From assembly GCF_009914755.1 (NCBI RefSeq), contig NC_060929.1: DNA of 64,000 nucleotides; one strand, 5' to 3'. The translations under genes and the position numbers were made by a program. The DNA comes from the human T2T-CHM13v2.0 reference genome, Homo sapiens. The notes beneath the pieces were generated by a model. The model saw only the letters and a list, made by a program, of their open reading frames with translations, did no database searches and was not told the origin of the DNA. Within the stretch, counting starts at the first letter, position 1. Each line of letters begins with the position of its first letter. This document shows positions 40,991 to 56,362 of this stretch, piece after piece.

Positions 40991-43571
40991 ATAGCAAGAA
41001 GAAGAAAGATCAACAATAAAAACCGCACTGTTATTTAAATTTAGAAGGAGGAGGGAGAAGAAAACAAAATTAAAATAAACATCAATTTTATAGTAATAAA
41101 AATCCCGATTTTTTAGAGATACATATCAAAGTATTTACAGATGAAGTGATAGATCTAGGATTTGTTTCAAAATAATTGAGGGGAAGGTAGACAGATGATA
41201 AAAAGCTGGCCATGAGTTCATAACTGTTGAGTTGAATGATGGGTACATAGGAGTTCATTATACTATTCTGTCTACTTTTTTACATTTGAAATTATATATT
41301 CAGAAGGAAAAGGAAAAAGCAAACGCCAACCTAAAAGGCTCCTCCATTAGCAATGTATCTTCAAAACAGATTTTTTAAATGTCTGGTGTTCTATTCTGCA
41401 ATATGTGACCTCTTGTCTGCTGCAGGTCAAGGTTTCTAAAGCTTCTTTGAAACTTGATCTTTATTTTTTTAATGCATTCAGTTCTTTATATCAATATTTT
41501 TTATCTGCAGATTTTCCAGTATTCTGAACAGTTATTTCTCTTACAGCTGTAGGGAATATGTTGCATATAGTTGGAAAAGGAATGATTTCCCATTTATTGC
41601 ATGATTCATAGTACCCTTCACTTCTTTAGGCAAAATATATTCTTTAAATATGTATATTAAATACAGATAGAATGTTTGAATAATCTTCAAGGTTAACAGT
41701 AGACAAGATTACTTGTCAAATTTATTTTGAGTCTGTTTTTCTAGTCTGGTCAAAAAGGTCACTGAGCAAAAGTTTTTGCCTTGAATAATGTTATAAATAA
41801 AAATGTTTACATTTATTAAAGTAAATTTGTGTTCATGAAGTTTCACTCCAGAGTTCCAGCTCATTATAATCTTCCACAAGACTTTAATAAAACAATCATT
41901 TAGCCGGCTAAAATTGAAGTTTAGAAAAATTTTTTGAGAAATGTTTTTAGAAATTCAGAGAAGCCCAGAAAAAGACCATCTGTATCCTCTCTCCACAAAA
42001 TAAATATTAGTCCACATTTTAGACTACAGCTTGTCTTTTTTTCATTGCTTTTATTTTGGTTATAATCAAGATCTAGGTCTGTCAGTACCAACACGTATGT
42101 AGATTTGATGATAGAGTTAAAGCGTAGTTGGGGTAGGCTCCAGCTCCACTGAAAGGGAATTACAGATTTTCTTTTGGCTTTCATGAACTGTGAGAATCAG
42201 GCTGGGAAGACGGGCCCTTCATGGAAGTGAGCCTCAGAGCAGTATGTGTGCTAGTTCTTTTCTCTTCCTGGAATGTTGTATACCTTGAATATAGGAGTGT
42301 CCTTCCTGACCAGCTCAGGGCCCTCATGGCAGTTGCCTCATGGCAACTTAAACAGGTACCTTCTCCTCCTGGCATCAGATATCCTATTATTTAAATGAAT
42401 AGCAACTTCTCTTTAGGATGGGGACAGGGGAAATAATATTCGCAATTTCTGGTTATGGAATAAAATACTTGCGGGGCGTAGGCAGGTGATGACATACATC
42501 CCCAAGTGAAACATCACAAGAGGGAGGCCACCCCTGCCCCATCAGATCCCTGGAAGGCCGGGTGGCACAGAGGTGATGCTGGGAGAGGAGCAGGAAGGAG
42601 GGAGGTGCAGCAGGAGGGAGATCGTGGCCAGCTGTGGCGTGGGAGCCCATCCTTGCTGAGCTAAAAGAAAAAAACATAAGACAAATGGAAAGGACCCCTC
42701 TGTGGATTGACTACAGAAAAGAGGTTTGTTTTTTTCTTTATTAAATCCCTGAAAGTGCCTAGTGTTCTTGATGGAAACTTTGAGTGATTTGCCATGTAAT
42801 CATAAAATCTTATTTTAGCGCCTTTTCATCTCTCATACGAAAATGAAAGGAGATAAATATTAGCAAATAGATAATGCAACTTCCTGATCTTGTGTTCTTC
42901 AGGACTGAAGCATGTCACATAGCCCTTTGCAAGGAGAGCTAAATCATGGGACTAAGGCAAAGATGTTGAAGCACGAGGGAACGCTCAATAACCCAGCCCC
43001 AGCCCCTCGTGCCATCTGGAAACCATGAATTCAGTGAACTCGGGCTCTCGCTGCAGGGTCTGCCTAGACTGCAGCCATAAAATATGTCAGCCTTGGCACT
43101 GGCAGCTTTGATGGCCATCAGTTAGGCAGACAGGAGCTTTTGTGCTACCCCCTTCTCTTTGTCAGCTTATGTACAACCCTAGTTCCTCATTAATTTAGGG
43201 TTGGAAAGATGTCCTGAGTATTAGAGTTCAACTTTCCAGTTATAAGTATTTTTTCCATGGCCACCTCCGCCCTCCACACCAGGTCTGAGTTACATGCCCA
43301 CGCCATGTGCACTGCAGCTCCTGACACAGTCTCTCTTGCACATGCCATAGTGTATTGTAAAGTGGGCAGGCACCGTATGTGCCTCTATGCCCCATCCCCA
43401 GCAAATGGGGCAGGGTCTTATCCACAGTAGGAACTTGGGGAATAGCTGTTGGATGAAGGAATGAATGACAATAGTTTCACATAAGCCAAAGGATTCCATT
43501 CCTTTTCTTACCTTCTGTGCTTTATTTGGTACATACTCAGTATGCTGAGTGTGATACTCTTCCTCTAAGAA

Positions 43572-43743
43572 CGGTGCTCAAGCCTCCTGCAGAACCACCT
43601 AATGGGTGTGTGTAAAAATTGGATTCCTGGGTCCCACCCCAGACTACTGAGTCAGGCAGCATCTCTTGACCCAGGAAGCGGTACTCTTAATAAATCACCT
43701 GCAGGTGATTCTTTTCTTCTGCACTTTGAGTTGAGAACCACTG
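43572..43743. mobile_element. MER5-like hAT MITE
   Basis: gattcctgggtcccaccccagactactgagtcag ... caggtgattct ... gttgagaaccactg. Confidence 0.7.
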
Positions 43744-43839
43744 CTCTAACAGGTGAATAAACATTAATATAACAAATTGCAATACAGTTGTAGGGAAGGA
43801 AGATAAAGGTATGCCACGATAGAAATACATATAGGGTAG

Positions 43840-44450
43840 AATTCATTCATCCATGCAACACTTATGAAGACCCATTGCATGTCAGGCACTATTCTAGGCA
43901 CTAATGGCAGAATAGTGAGCCAAGCAGACAAGGGCCTGGTTTCATGGTGGCGGGGAGGCAGACTAAGTGAATTTATAGCTGTGAATTGTGATAAGTGTCT
44001 GAAGGAAGACACGAAAGCCAGTGTTATGGGTAGATAGCAACGGCCAGGAGATGGGCTTCTCAGAGGAGGAGTTTACTCTGAGGATGGAAGAGTGAGAAGA
44101 AAGTCACCTGTGTGCAGTCAAGGGTGGGCACTGGGAAGAACTGTCCAAAGAGAGGGAGCTCATTTGTGAGAGACTTGCCACAAGGAGGAAAAGAGCTTGT
44201 CCGTAGCAGAGTGGTTGAAAGGGACAGTGGTGGAAGATGAGGCCAGGAAGAGCAGAGATGAGATTGCACAGCCATGCAGGCCCCATGGAGCACCTGAGAT
44301 TTCATGCTATGTTGAGGGGACAGCAATCAGAAGCCTTGTGATGCCATATGGTGCAGTTTGCGCTTCAGAAACATCAGTTGCTGCTATACAGAGAACAAAC
44401 CAGAAGGAGGATAAGAGGGGAGACAGAGTCCAGTGAGGGGATAACTCAGT
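43840..44450 (-). mobile_element. L2 3' fragment
   Basis: attcattcatccatgcaacacttatgaagaccca..tgtcaggcactattctaggcact antisense L2 tail motif. Confidence 0.6.
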
Positions 44451-44969
44451 CCAGGTGGCAGTGACCTGCACAGACAAGAAGTGAACTGCTTCAAGAGGGA
44501 AAACCAAGGGTGGATCCTGAAAAGGAAATAGAAATGGATGGAGGGCCATGAGAAGACAGCTGGGTGGACAGTGGGAGATGACCAAGGAGGAGGGAGCAGT
44601 CCCGTCCATTCTAAATGGGGTGTTTGGTGGTGAAGGGCCAGGAAGGTTTCCATGGTGGGGACTTGAGAGATTAGAGAGTGGTCCCAAGCAGACTGGGGCA
44701 GGCAGGAGAAAGAGGAATGGACAGAAGGGCCTTCCTTGGAGAGGTTTCAGTCTGACAAGGTTCAAAGATGAATAGTACTCTGAACAGCACCTTGATAATT
44801 GTAGGTTTATAATAAATTCTTGTCAAATAGGTAGGTGTGCCTTAGATAGGGAAGGCATGCACACAGTGGTTAGCAGTGTGAACTGTAGAATCAAAATACT
44901 TCAGCGTCTAGCTTCGCCATTAACTTTGGCTCTCTGAGCCTCAGTTTCCTCACCTGTGAAGTGGGAATA

Positions 44970-45196
44970 CAGATTGAATATCCCTAATCCAAAAATCCAA
45001 GGTGTTCCAAAATTCAAAACTTTTTGAAGACCGACATGACACTCAAAGGAAATGTTCCTTGGAGCATTTCGGATTTCGGATTTTGGGATTAGGGATGCTT
45101 AGTCAGTATGTCTGATGCAAATATTCCAGAATTTGTAAAAATCAGAAACTCGAAACGCTTCTAATGCCAAACATTTCAGATAACAGATCCTCAATG
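44970..45196. mobile_element. Tigger4/MER46-like MITE nested in a MIR
   Basis: TA|CAGATTGAATATCCCTAATCC ... |TA; 'ggagcatttcggatttcggatttt'; MIR core on both sides. Confidence 0.75.
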
Positions 45197-47071
45197 TAAT
45201 AACAACAGTATCTGCCTTTGTGGAGATATTGTGAGGCACAAAATGATCCATGCAGGGCACTTGGCATGGTGCCTGACAGACATGAGCATCTAGTGAATAT
45301 TGGAGGCAGTGCTTGTTCTAAGGTACTTGAGCAGTAAAATGAGTATAATATTTGGACTTGAAGTCCAAATATTATGGGATTCTGCAAGGGAGTCTTAACC
45401 TTGAGCCTAACAAGTTAGGTCAACTCAAGCATCTTACTTATTTGTGCCATCAGTTTCCTCATCTGTAAAATAAGCAAATTTGGATAATGTTATTTGTTTC
45501 TAAACTACCTCCTGGTTTTAAAATGCTCTAATTCCAATATGTAGAATGTTAGCATCCAATGATGACAATGTAATTCCTCATCTATGCAGTTTAAACTAGA
45601 TGAACCATGTTTGCTGGTGTAATAGCTCAGCAGTGGAAAAACAGCATATACTTCCTGGTCTAATACCTGAAAGAAATTAGGTGTATGGATAACAGCAACC
45701 CTTGGCTAAATCTGACTGTAGACATGTCACCTCATCTAATAGTAATATACAGGACTGGAGCGGGAAGAAAAGACTTGTTAAAGATGATTATAGTGGACTG
45801 GGATTATTTCAAGCCTAATTAGAAGACCATTTTCATTCTAAGTGAAGCAAACTCAGTATGTTGACAATGTTATTGCTGCAATTCACTAACGAAAGTGTGC
45901 TAACATGAATCACAGGATTCTGAAGTCAGCATTCTCAGGTAGTTTAAAAGGATGAAGGATTTGAAATCTGTCATTTCATTTGTTGCAGAAATATGACCAA
46001 GATAACCACCCTTTTCTTCAGTGCCTCTTAACATGAAGCACTGAAATTTTTTCTGACCTTAAAGGTAAACGAAAGTTCCAAGCCTAATCTTGTATTGTAA
46101 TAATTATAATAGCTAATATTTACTGCATTCTTAGGTGCACTTTGCAACTAAATACCTTCCATATATTCTCAGATTAATCTCTGCAACTCAAAGAAGCATT
46201 TTGTGGCTCAGGAACCAAGGTTCAGAGAGATTTCTATCTTTCCTGAGATTACTTTGCTAACAAGACCACTAAACACATGGGTGTCTTTGTTACATAATTT
46301 GGGATTGTTGGAGCCCACCAGTTTTGGACACCAGAAGCCCTCTGTGGTCAAACAAGATTAGGTTTATTTAACTTGTTGGGCAAGAAAAGTGCATACCCAT
46401 ATTGCCACAGTGAAGAGAAATGAGTAGATTTGGGCTTGTGCTGGGTGGTTCTAGTAGGGATTTAGGGAAGCAAGAACCCATTTTCTTTTGGGTGTCATCA
46501 GAAAGTGGGATCAATTTGGTGTCTTGGTAATTTTTATCTAAGAGGTGGGAAGATTGAATAGGGACTTAGATTGTCATCAGTAAAGAAAGCAGAGTACCTC
46601 ATATTAGTTGGAAGAGGGGGACATTATTTATTTTGTGGCACAGAGGGTTCTCATACCTGTCTTGGTTCAGACTTGATTGTGGATTGTTTCTATCTTGTTC
46701 TTCCATGGTCACAGAGTGGCCTTGTCTGAAAATTATTTGCATAAGCAAATTTTTGCTGAGTTATAAACACTCAAACAGTATAGCCTGACCTGTCAACTCT
46801 CTGGGCTCTGTTTATTCCTTTTCCTTCTTCCCTTCCTTCAACTCTCCCTTCCTCTATCTAGTTCATTAGTAGTTAATTTTTGCCTTCCAAAGAATAATCA
46901 AACAATCTAGGTCCTTCATTCTTCTCTGATAGAGTGTTAGCATAGGGAAGGTTTTCAGATCCGGAGAGATGTAGTCTTGAATCCTAGGTCAGTCAGTTGA
47001 CAACTACTTGACTTTAGGCAAATCACATCATCTTTTTGGTCTATCTTTCCATATCTTTAAAAAATAGAAAT

Positions 47072-47188
47072 TTATTCCATTGTGTGAATGCACCAGAGTT
47101 TATTTAATCTTATTCACCCACTAAAGGACATTTCCATTATTCCCAGTTTGAGTCTATTAAAATAAAGCTGTTATGAACACTGCAAAAA
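47072..47188 (+). mobile_element. Short polyadenylated retroposed insert inside a MIR
   Basis: TSD AAAAAATAG(A/G)AAT at a TTT|AAAA site; AATAAA at 47161, poly(A) from 47184. Confidence 0.65.
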
Positions 47189-48330
47189 AAAAAATAGGAA
47201 TGATAATTACCTTTCAGGGTGTTTTGAAAATTAGGGTTAATTTACATGAAGTGATTGGAACACATGGTTCAATCACGAATAGTGGCCACCATTGAGAAGG
47301 CATAAACATTTGTCAAATGTTAATTTGCTTATACTTTATATTTCTAACAGCAATGAAAATACTTTTTATACAACAAATTATTAGATTGTAGAAGGTAACA
47401 GAAGGTGGGGAGAGCCAAACTTTCTGAATGTGATTATCTACTACTGAATGTTAGTTATATGGTAAAACTTGCTATAGTTATTGTTTTGTACATTTATTAA
47501 AAATTACAATAAATAGATAACATGGTGCTATGCATTTAATTAGTGAAAAGCACAAGATCATTTTAAAGTTCTTAATGGTTCATTCCTGATAAATTTTTAT
47601 GAGATACAGGCAAGAATGCTATACTTACAGGCTGTGCAGAAGGAATGACTATCTGATGAGGGCTATAAAGAAGAAATGGAAGATACACAAAAGCTATTTT
47701 TATTGTAGGGGTAGAAAAAGATCTTGTTAAATATTTCTGCTGAAGGTTTGTTTCTTATATACAAGGCCAAGATCAGGGTTAAATTAGAAGAATCAATACT
47801 AAAGTTAGTTCTGAATTGTGGGATGGTTTTTGTTTTCATCTTTGTATTTTGCTATATTTTCCTATTTTCCAGGTTTTCTGCAGAAATATTCTATTCATGA
47901 TTAGAACAAAAAAAAATGTAGTCTTCTAAAAATCCTGTCTTTTTCTGAAGTTGCTAGGCCTCTCAGCCATGGTTGCCAAAATCTGGACACCATGCATGTG
48001 TGTGTATGTGCGTACACACCCACGCCTGTGTACATGTGTCTCATAAAACATCCTTAAGCATGAGCTAGACATTAAACAGTCTTGGAGATTCTAGTTCAGA
48101 ATTTACCTCAAACGTGTGAATTATGGAAATTCATGGTTCATCACAGATGGTTGGGATGTTGCCAAGATACATCCTTTAGCACGCCTCTGTTTGCTTTATG
48201 TGAACATTAATAACTCTGTTCCAGGAGAAATACAATTGAAAAGCATCCTGTACATGAAAAAAGTTATTGCAAATGACTCACTTTTTGTGTGGTTCCTTCT
48301 CTCCCTTTTTCCCTCCTATCGTCACTTTAG

Positions 48331-48408
48331 AAGTCTGGCCTTCATTTTCGACACACAGATAATACCGTCCAGTGGTTAAGAGCGATGGAGTCTATTGGTC
48401 TACCCAAG
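48331..48408 (+). CDS. IQGAP2: IQGAP2 coding exon (probably exon 4), CH domain
   Basis: Pyrimidine tract + tttAG acceptor, AAG|gtaagc donor; 78 nt, phase 0 to 0. Translates KSGLHFRHTDNTVQWLRAMESIGLPK, in frame with the previous exon. Confidence 0.96.
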
Positions 48409-48704
48409 GTAAGCCTTCACGCACTGGAATCTGAACTAGAAAGGCAAAGGGGTAGTACACAAACATCTCTTTATGAGCAATGACTTTGGAGACTGGGTTA
48501 TGTTAATGTAGAAATGAGAAATGTGAGGACTAAAAAACATGGAAAGACCTATCCAAAGTAACATATGGCAAGAACTCAGAATGAGGGATGTGCCCAGATT
48601 GAGAGCAGCCAGGTAAAATTGTGCACAAAATAAAGGCAGAACAAGCTATAGCTGGTAGATAGGTGAGCTATCTAAAATAGCCAACTCCCTTTCTTGTGTT
48701 GCTA

Positions 48705-49233
<529 letters not shown>

Positions 49234-49444
49234 CGTATAAATTATCATTATAAATCATAATATCACTTGTAAAGGCTAGTGGGTTATAGCTCTTACTCCT
49301 AAAATAGATCTCCTAAATATAATTTAACTCAGCAAACATTCAGTGCTTGTTAAATTTGAAGAGCAGGCATCCTAAAGTCTGTGAGAGAATTAGGCAAGTG
49401 GAGGAAATGAGGAAATAATTACATTTGATAAAAATTGTAGAACT

Positions 49445-49954
49445 ATTTTTTTAAACTTGTTATTTTGAAATAATTATAGAATCACAGGAAGTTGTAAAAA
49501 TAGTACTTCTATGTTTATCCTTCATTCAGCTTTCCCCTAGTGGTGACATCTAACTGCAGTACATGTTAAATTGACATTGGTGTATTAGTGTAAACTAGAC
49601 TACAGACCTTTTTCCATTTTCACCATTTCATATGCATTTATTTGTGTAAGTGGGCATGTGTGTGCATGTATGTGTGATTCTGTGCAGTTTTATCCCATGA
49701 ATAGATCTGTGTAACCACCACCACAATCAAGACACAGACACACAGAAGAGTGGTCCTTCTGATTGCATCCCTCCCCCAGCCCTGTTCCCTGGCAACCACT
49801 AATATGTTCTCGATCTCTATAGTTTTGGCATTTTGAGCACAATATATAAGTGTAATCATATAGCGGGTATCCTTTGAGTCACATCGTTTCCACTCTGTAT
49901 ATGGTCCTTGAGACCCATCTGGGTCAATAGCTTGCTCCTATGTGTTGCTTAGTA
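49445..49954 (-). mobile_element. Old L1M 3' end fragment
   Basis: attttgaaataattataga..cacaggaagttg; tgtaaccaccaccacaatcaagacacaga; cctggcaaccactaat. Confidence 0.7.
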
Positions 49955-49969
49955 TGTACAGCTATTTTT

Positions 49970-50488
49970 TTTTTTTTTTTTTGAGACAGAGTCTTGCTCT
50001 GTCACCCAAGCTCGGGTGCATTGGCACAATCTCGGCTCACTGCAACCTCCGCCTCCCAGGTTCAAGTGATTCTCGGGGTTATCACTTACAGGCATGCACC
50101 ACCACGCCTGGCTAATGTTGGCCAGGCTGGTTTTGAACTCCTGACCTCAGGTGATCTGCCCACCTCAGCCTCCCAAAGTTCTGGGATTACAGGCGTGAGC
50201 CACTGCACCTGGCCTGAAATCTGTTTCTTATCAGGCTGTTAGTTTCAAGTTTAAGAAAAAGAGTAAGAAATAGTATGTAGGATAACCCCCCGAGTTATCA
50301 AGTGTAACCTCCCGAGTAGCTGGGGTTACAGGTGGGCACCACCACACCTGGCTATTTTTTGTATTTTTAGTAGAGACAGGGTTTCCACATGTTGGCCAGG
50401 CTGGTCTCGAACTCCTGACTTCAGGAAATCTGCCCGTCTCAGCCTCCCAAAGTGCTGGGATTACAGGCATGAGCCACCATGCCTGGCC
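49970..50488 (-). mobile_element. AluS carrying an internal templated insertion (about 50075-50308)
   Basis: TSD TGTACAGCTATTTTT (49955-49969, 50489-50503); Alu breaks at ...gattctc and resumes at ctcccgagtagctgg. Confidence 0.9.
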
Positions 50489-51351
50489 TGTACAGCTATT
50501 TTTAAAAAATTATTTAGGAGTGGTCTCGCTGGAGGTCAAGAGGATAAGCTACTGGCTTATGAAGACCTCTGTTGTGCCAGGTGTGCAGTGAAAAACACCC
50601 ACTGCCACAGAAACAGAAGATTCTTTAAATGTAATTTATTAATGCCCATTTTTAATATAATTGTGCTCATATCTGTTTTAGGTCAGTCTCATTTTATCTT
50701 GAAATGATCAGTGTTTAAATTTTGTTCTGCCATTTTTAATCAAACTATTTTCTCTTCTCCTAAAATGCCCAGAACGTTAAATGCTGTTTCCTTCTAGGAA
50801 CTGGCTGTAATACATAATTCATATTTCTGGATTGTGATTTAGCAACTACTAACTAGAGGCTGGATGATAAACCGATTAATAAAAAACGAATTTAAACAGA
50901 ATTGTTTTGTATAAGGCAACATCAAATTCAGATAATTTCATTGGATTTGATAGATTTGATGTAAACCTTTTCAAATTGTATGTATTTAGGGCCAAACAAG
51001 TGGTGTTATAGAGCAGATTTTATTTTAACATTGGTTTTTATTATGAAGTCATTGATATATTGCATTGCAGGGGCAAGAGACTGTACTGAGTTGACTTTGA
51101 TGTATCATATTTAACTTGTATTCCTTCATTTATCAATATTAAGTGCTTACTCTGTGCTCAGTATCATGCTAGGTGCCAGAAATACAATGCTGCATAAAAC
51201 ATTCTGGTGAATGATAAATTGATCTCATCTCCTTGCTGAAGGAAGTCATTTATAATGGCTTTCCAGGAGAAATATAAATATAAAAGATTCTTGTTTAAAG
51301 AAAAGGGAAGAGGCAATTGTAGTTATTCTCTGCTTACATAAAAAACTTTAA

Positions 51352-51654
<303 letters not shown>

Positions 51655-52039
51655 TAATACTCTTCTGAATTTAGGGATCCTCTTCTCATTGATACTTTAG
51701 TAGCAAATGCATTAAAGGAAAGTTGGAAAGGCTTTTTAAATTTCTTAGGCTACTGCCATTTCTTTAAGTACTTAGTAATTATATATTTTGTAGCTCAAGA
51801 AACTTTGCTTCTTTCTTTTCTCAGCTTTTCTCAGTGACCAATAGGAAATTGCACTTGAGTATCACGTACTACCATATGATGCATTATTTTAGTTTTTGAT
51901 GTCAGTTTTTATAAAATATTTACTTAAAGTAAATAATGTCTAAATGATTATCTTAATTTTAAAAGCCTCAAGCTTAATTATTTTTTGTGTGTGCTTAGGA
52001 ACAGAGAAGTTTGGTGCCTCACTCTGAAATCTGTTTCTT

Positions 52040-52319
<280 letters not shown>

Positions 52320-52370
52320 TGAAATCTGTTTCTTATCAGGCTATTAGTTTCAAGTTTAAGAAAAAGAGTA

Positions 52371-52470
52371 AGAAATAGTATGTAGGATAACCTCCCGTGA
52401 CACACATTTACCTATGTAACAAACCTTCACATGTACCCCAAACCTAAAATAAAACATGTTAGAAAAAGGA
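52371..52470 (+). mobile_element. Very short L1PA 3'-end remnant
   Basis: cccgtgacac..tttacctatgtaacaaacct.cacatgtacccc..acctaaaataaaa; AAAAGAGT on both flanks. Confidence 0.7.
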
Positions 52471-53443
52471 AAAGAGTGTGAAGGTGTATTCAAAACTTTG
52501 ATGTTCAGACCTTTCAGTCTAGTAATTTCATATTTAGATGATTATCCAAAATAATCAGATGCTCAGAAAATACAGAAATATTCATTGCAGTGGCTTATAA
52601 TAGGGAAAAATTAGAAGCAAAACAAATGTTCAACCATGGATTAACTGGCTAAGCTAGGGTTCAAAAATATAAACGAATCATATACATCTATTAAAAATAA
52701 TCTTATAGTATAATGAAGGGGATGGGAAATAATTGTGTTCTGTAAAGTGTTTTAAACAGGTTACACTAAGTACAATTTTGTTTTCACATGCACACATATA
52801 TATAAACCTAAAAAAATCAGAGACATACAGAAAAAAAGACCAGAAGAAAAATAGGGACAAAATTGCTAATAGTGACAATCTGGGAGGTGGGGTCATAGAT
52901 GTTTTTCCTTCATACCTTATATACTTTCCAGATTTTATTTGGTGAAAATGTCTTACTTTAAACAGATTTTTTAAATGTGTGTGTGTGTGTGTTGTATATG
53001 CATGTATACATGTGTACAGAGCACATATGCCAAGTTTTTAACAATGCAATAAAGTGGCTAATAACAAGGACACCCTTCTCAGGCCCATGGGACCTCTGGG
53101 AAGTCACAGGAGTGTGAAGGCTACAGGAGGCAGAGCCCACATGTGCTCATATGCCCTATGAAATGAAACACTGCCACTAGCACTGTGGACACAGCCTTCT
53201 TGGAGTAGCTGGCTGGGGACCCCACCATCCTCCTGTGGACCACTAAGAGGCATGCTGTCAGGCAGGGGTCCAGATATGGTGATTGGTCTATCTCTACAGC
53301 AAGATGAAGCAATGGCAGAGAGGTTCCTCTATATTTAAATAATTATAGGATAGCAAGGACAATCAAAATAGGGTCATTTTGGGAAGTTAAAATACTTGTG
53401 AGAAGCAAAACATATAATAAATATTGTTTCTTTTGTTTTCCAG

Positions 53444-53520
53444 ATATTTTATCCAGAAACAACAGATGTCTATGATCGGAAAAACATACCAAGAATGATA
53501 TATTGCATTCACGCACTGAG
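53444..53520 (+). CDS. IQGAP2: IQGAP2 coding exon (probably exon 5), CH domain
   Basis: Acceptor ttttgttttcCAG, donor GAG|gtaggg; 77 nt, phase 0 to 2. Translates IFYPETTDVYDRKNIPRMIYCIHAL(S). DVYDRKNIPRMI distinguishes it from IQGAP1 (DIYDRKNMPRCI as recalled). Confidence 0.96.
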
Positions 53521-55962
53521 GTAGGGGGAAAATGCAGCTAAAAGGTGCTCTAAGAAGTAGATTTAAATAAAACTAAAATTTCAATTTTAAAAGAGGTTTT
53601 AAGTTACTTTAATAGTTTGAAGAACTTTTTATTAAATTCCATTGTTTTGGATTTGCTGGTACAAAATTAAAATAATGGTCACATATAAGCAATTCTTGAA
53701 CTTGAAAAATGTTTTTCTGATTTTTAAATCTAACTCAAAATAGAAAACCAGAAAATGATTGAAAACCATTAAGTACAATAAAGAGAAAATTTAGGTTGAA
53801 ACTTCTAGAAATCCAATTGTAATGTACTACTATATTCTTGAGTTATGACCTAGTTTACAAATATAATGCAGATATATCAAATGAGCAACTTTAATAGTCA
53901 TAATTTTGGTTTAATGAGTTAAAATTATAATTTAGTTCAATTCTTACAAATTAAGAAAATAGAGGTAAGAATGGTTTCTTTTGATCTTCTGTTCAATAGA
54001 ATTTGTACCCTAAGGATAAAGAAGAAACATAGTAGTTTGGTGTAAATTAGTCAAATCAAGACACATTCATTATTTTAAAGCAATTGTTCAATAACTTAAT
54101 TTTTGAAAATGCTGAAATTCTGCTAGTTCACAGATTACATTTTATCTTATTGGCCTGGAAGAAATGTGATTTTTAGATGGTAACAAAGATTATTCTAAAA
54201 ATCCAGTTTGTGGCTGTTGTCTTGAATGTACACAGGTAATGGTTTTGGAAGACTTCATGTCTGATTAAATTTTAAATTACTTTTAGAACATCTGCCTTGT
54301 GTTTTCATCACTAGAAGTCATTTTCCTGGCAGAGTACTCTGCCTAGAGGTTTATGTTGACTTCTTCCTGGCTCTTTTCCTCTCCAAAGGAAAATGCTTCT
54401 ACAATAATTCATGGTGGTGTTGGCTTTCTAGAGAAGAAATTTGATTATGTCATATAATTTGACTTTTTCCCCCAGTCAGTACTTATGGGATTGCTTTGGA
54501 AGATGACAGTTGCTAGAAATATAGACCAAGTGTAGGTGCCTTTGCTATGATTTTTTTTTATTCTAGTAACTTAGAACAACTGGTTAAAAAAAGAAAAACA
54601 GCAACAGTAAAAACAAACCTACTTCATGCTGCCTTCTCAGATGTGGCGAGAGTATCATTATGCCACAGGTTTTCTAAAAGCTCCTTGTGCAAAAGTGCTT
54701 ATGTTGAGGAATATTTTCAACTTGTGTTGCCTGATATTCTTTATTAAATATTTTTCTGATCTTAGAATGATAACACTATAGTTAGTACTGGGTCTATGAG
54801 CTGCTAAGCCAGCCACGACTAGTTAATGCCATTGCTACATGTGTGCATCACAGTGCTAATCTCTAGTTCTGTCGCATGCTCGTGGGCTGTCTCGTATAAG
54901 TTTCAATTGATTTTCTGAAATAGACAACTGGGACATTCATGTTAAGGAGCTTATAAACAAATGGTATGCTAAGTTCCTTTCTGGTGATATCATGGTTCTC
55001 CTAAAGGAGCTATCTAGAGCTGCACTTAGACTTACATGTGTATTTGCCATGGTTTTAACAATGGCTTGAATAGCTTGGTAAACAAAGAAAAAACAACTTT
55101 TTGTTTATTATTACCAATTGTATACAAATATTGATGTGATATTTTCCAGGACTGTGTTTTTCAGTTATTCATCATAGACATCTCCATTACTTTTACTCAT
55201 CCTGGAGGGGATTCCTGTTGGGTCATGTCATTCACCAGATCTGATCTTAAGTAGGATATTTTATCTTCAAAAGCAATATTTATTTAGTAAATAGCATTCT
55301 CCTCGCTTTTCTTTGTTCTAAATTATTGTATAGCTGCCTCTCACTATGGAGCCGAGAAGTCCCAAGTGTATCTTGCAGCTTTTTCCACCAAAACTTGTTC
55401 CTGCTATGATTTAAAATGCAGTCAGTCACTCAAAGGAGGCTGATATTCTGCTTTGTTGTGCAAGACACATTTGAAAGCTGAGGAACAATCCTCTAATAAA
55501 TACAGTGGGTTTGATAAATACTCTTGCTGCATAGTTAGAAATGATGATGGAAATGAACTAACATGTCTTCAGCTTTTATATCCTGGCTGCAAATACAGCA
55601 CTGCTGCTGTATTTGAGAGTTGTTATTACCTGGTAGAGTAATTAGGCAGGTCAGAGATTCTGATTATAACTCAGAAGCCAGCAAGGAAGTTTCCCTAGGA
55701 AGTTAAGCTTGCCAGGCGCTGCCTTCTTCCTGCCCCAGCCTGTGGGCCTGACTTGATCTAAAAAGTTAGCTCTTAGCCCTGACCAAACTTGTCTCCTATT
55801 CCCTGTCATCTTGATTTGGGCTTAACAACCTAACTTCTGGGTGCTTATGCTTGCTTCCTGTTTGTATCTGTGTTCCCCTTTGCTGCCTGCCCCTCACCTT
55901 ATCATTTTATTTCTGATCCCAGTCTCGTGTCCTACCACTCACCAATCCCTGTGTCAGTTTAG

Positions 55963-56362
<400 letters not shown>

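Noticed and set aside
55860-55880. TTTGTATCTGT resembling the expected next exon start (S-L-Y-L-F)
   Set aside because: No AG acceptor and the translation diverges at once; the next exon must lie beyond the window.
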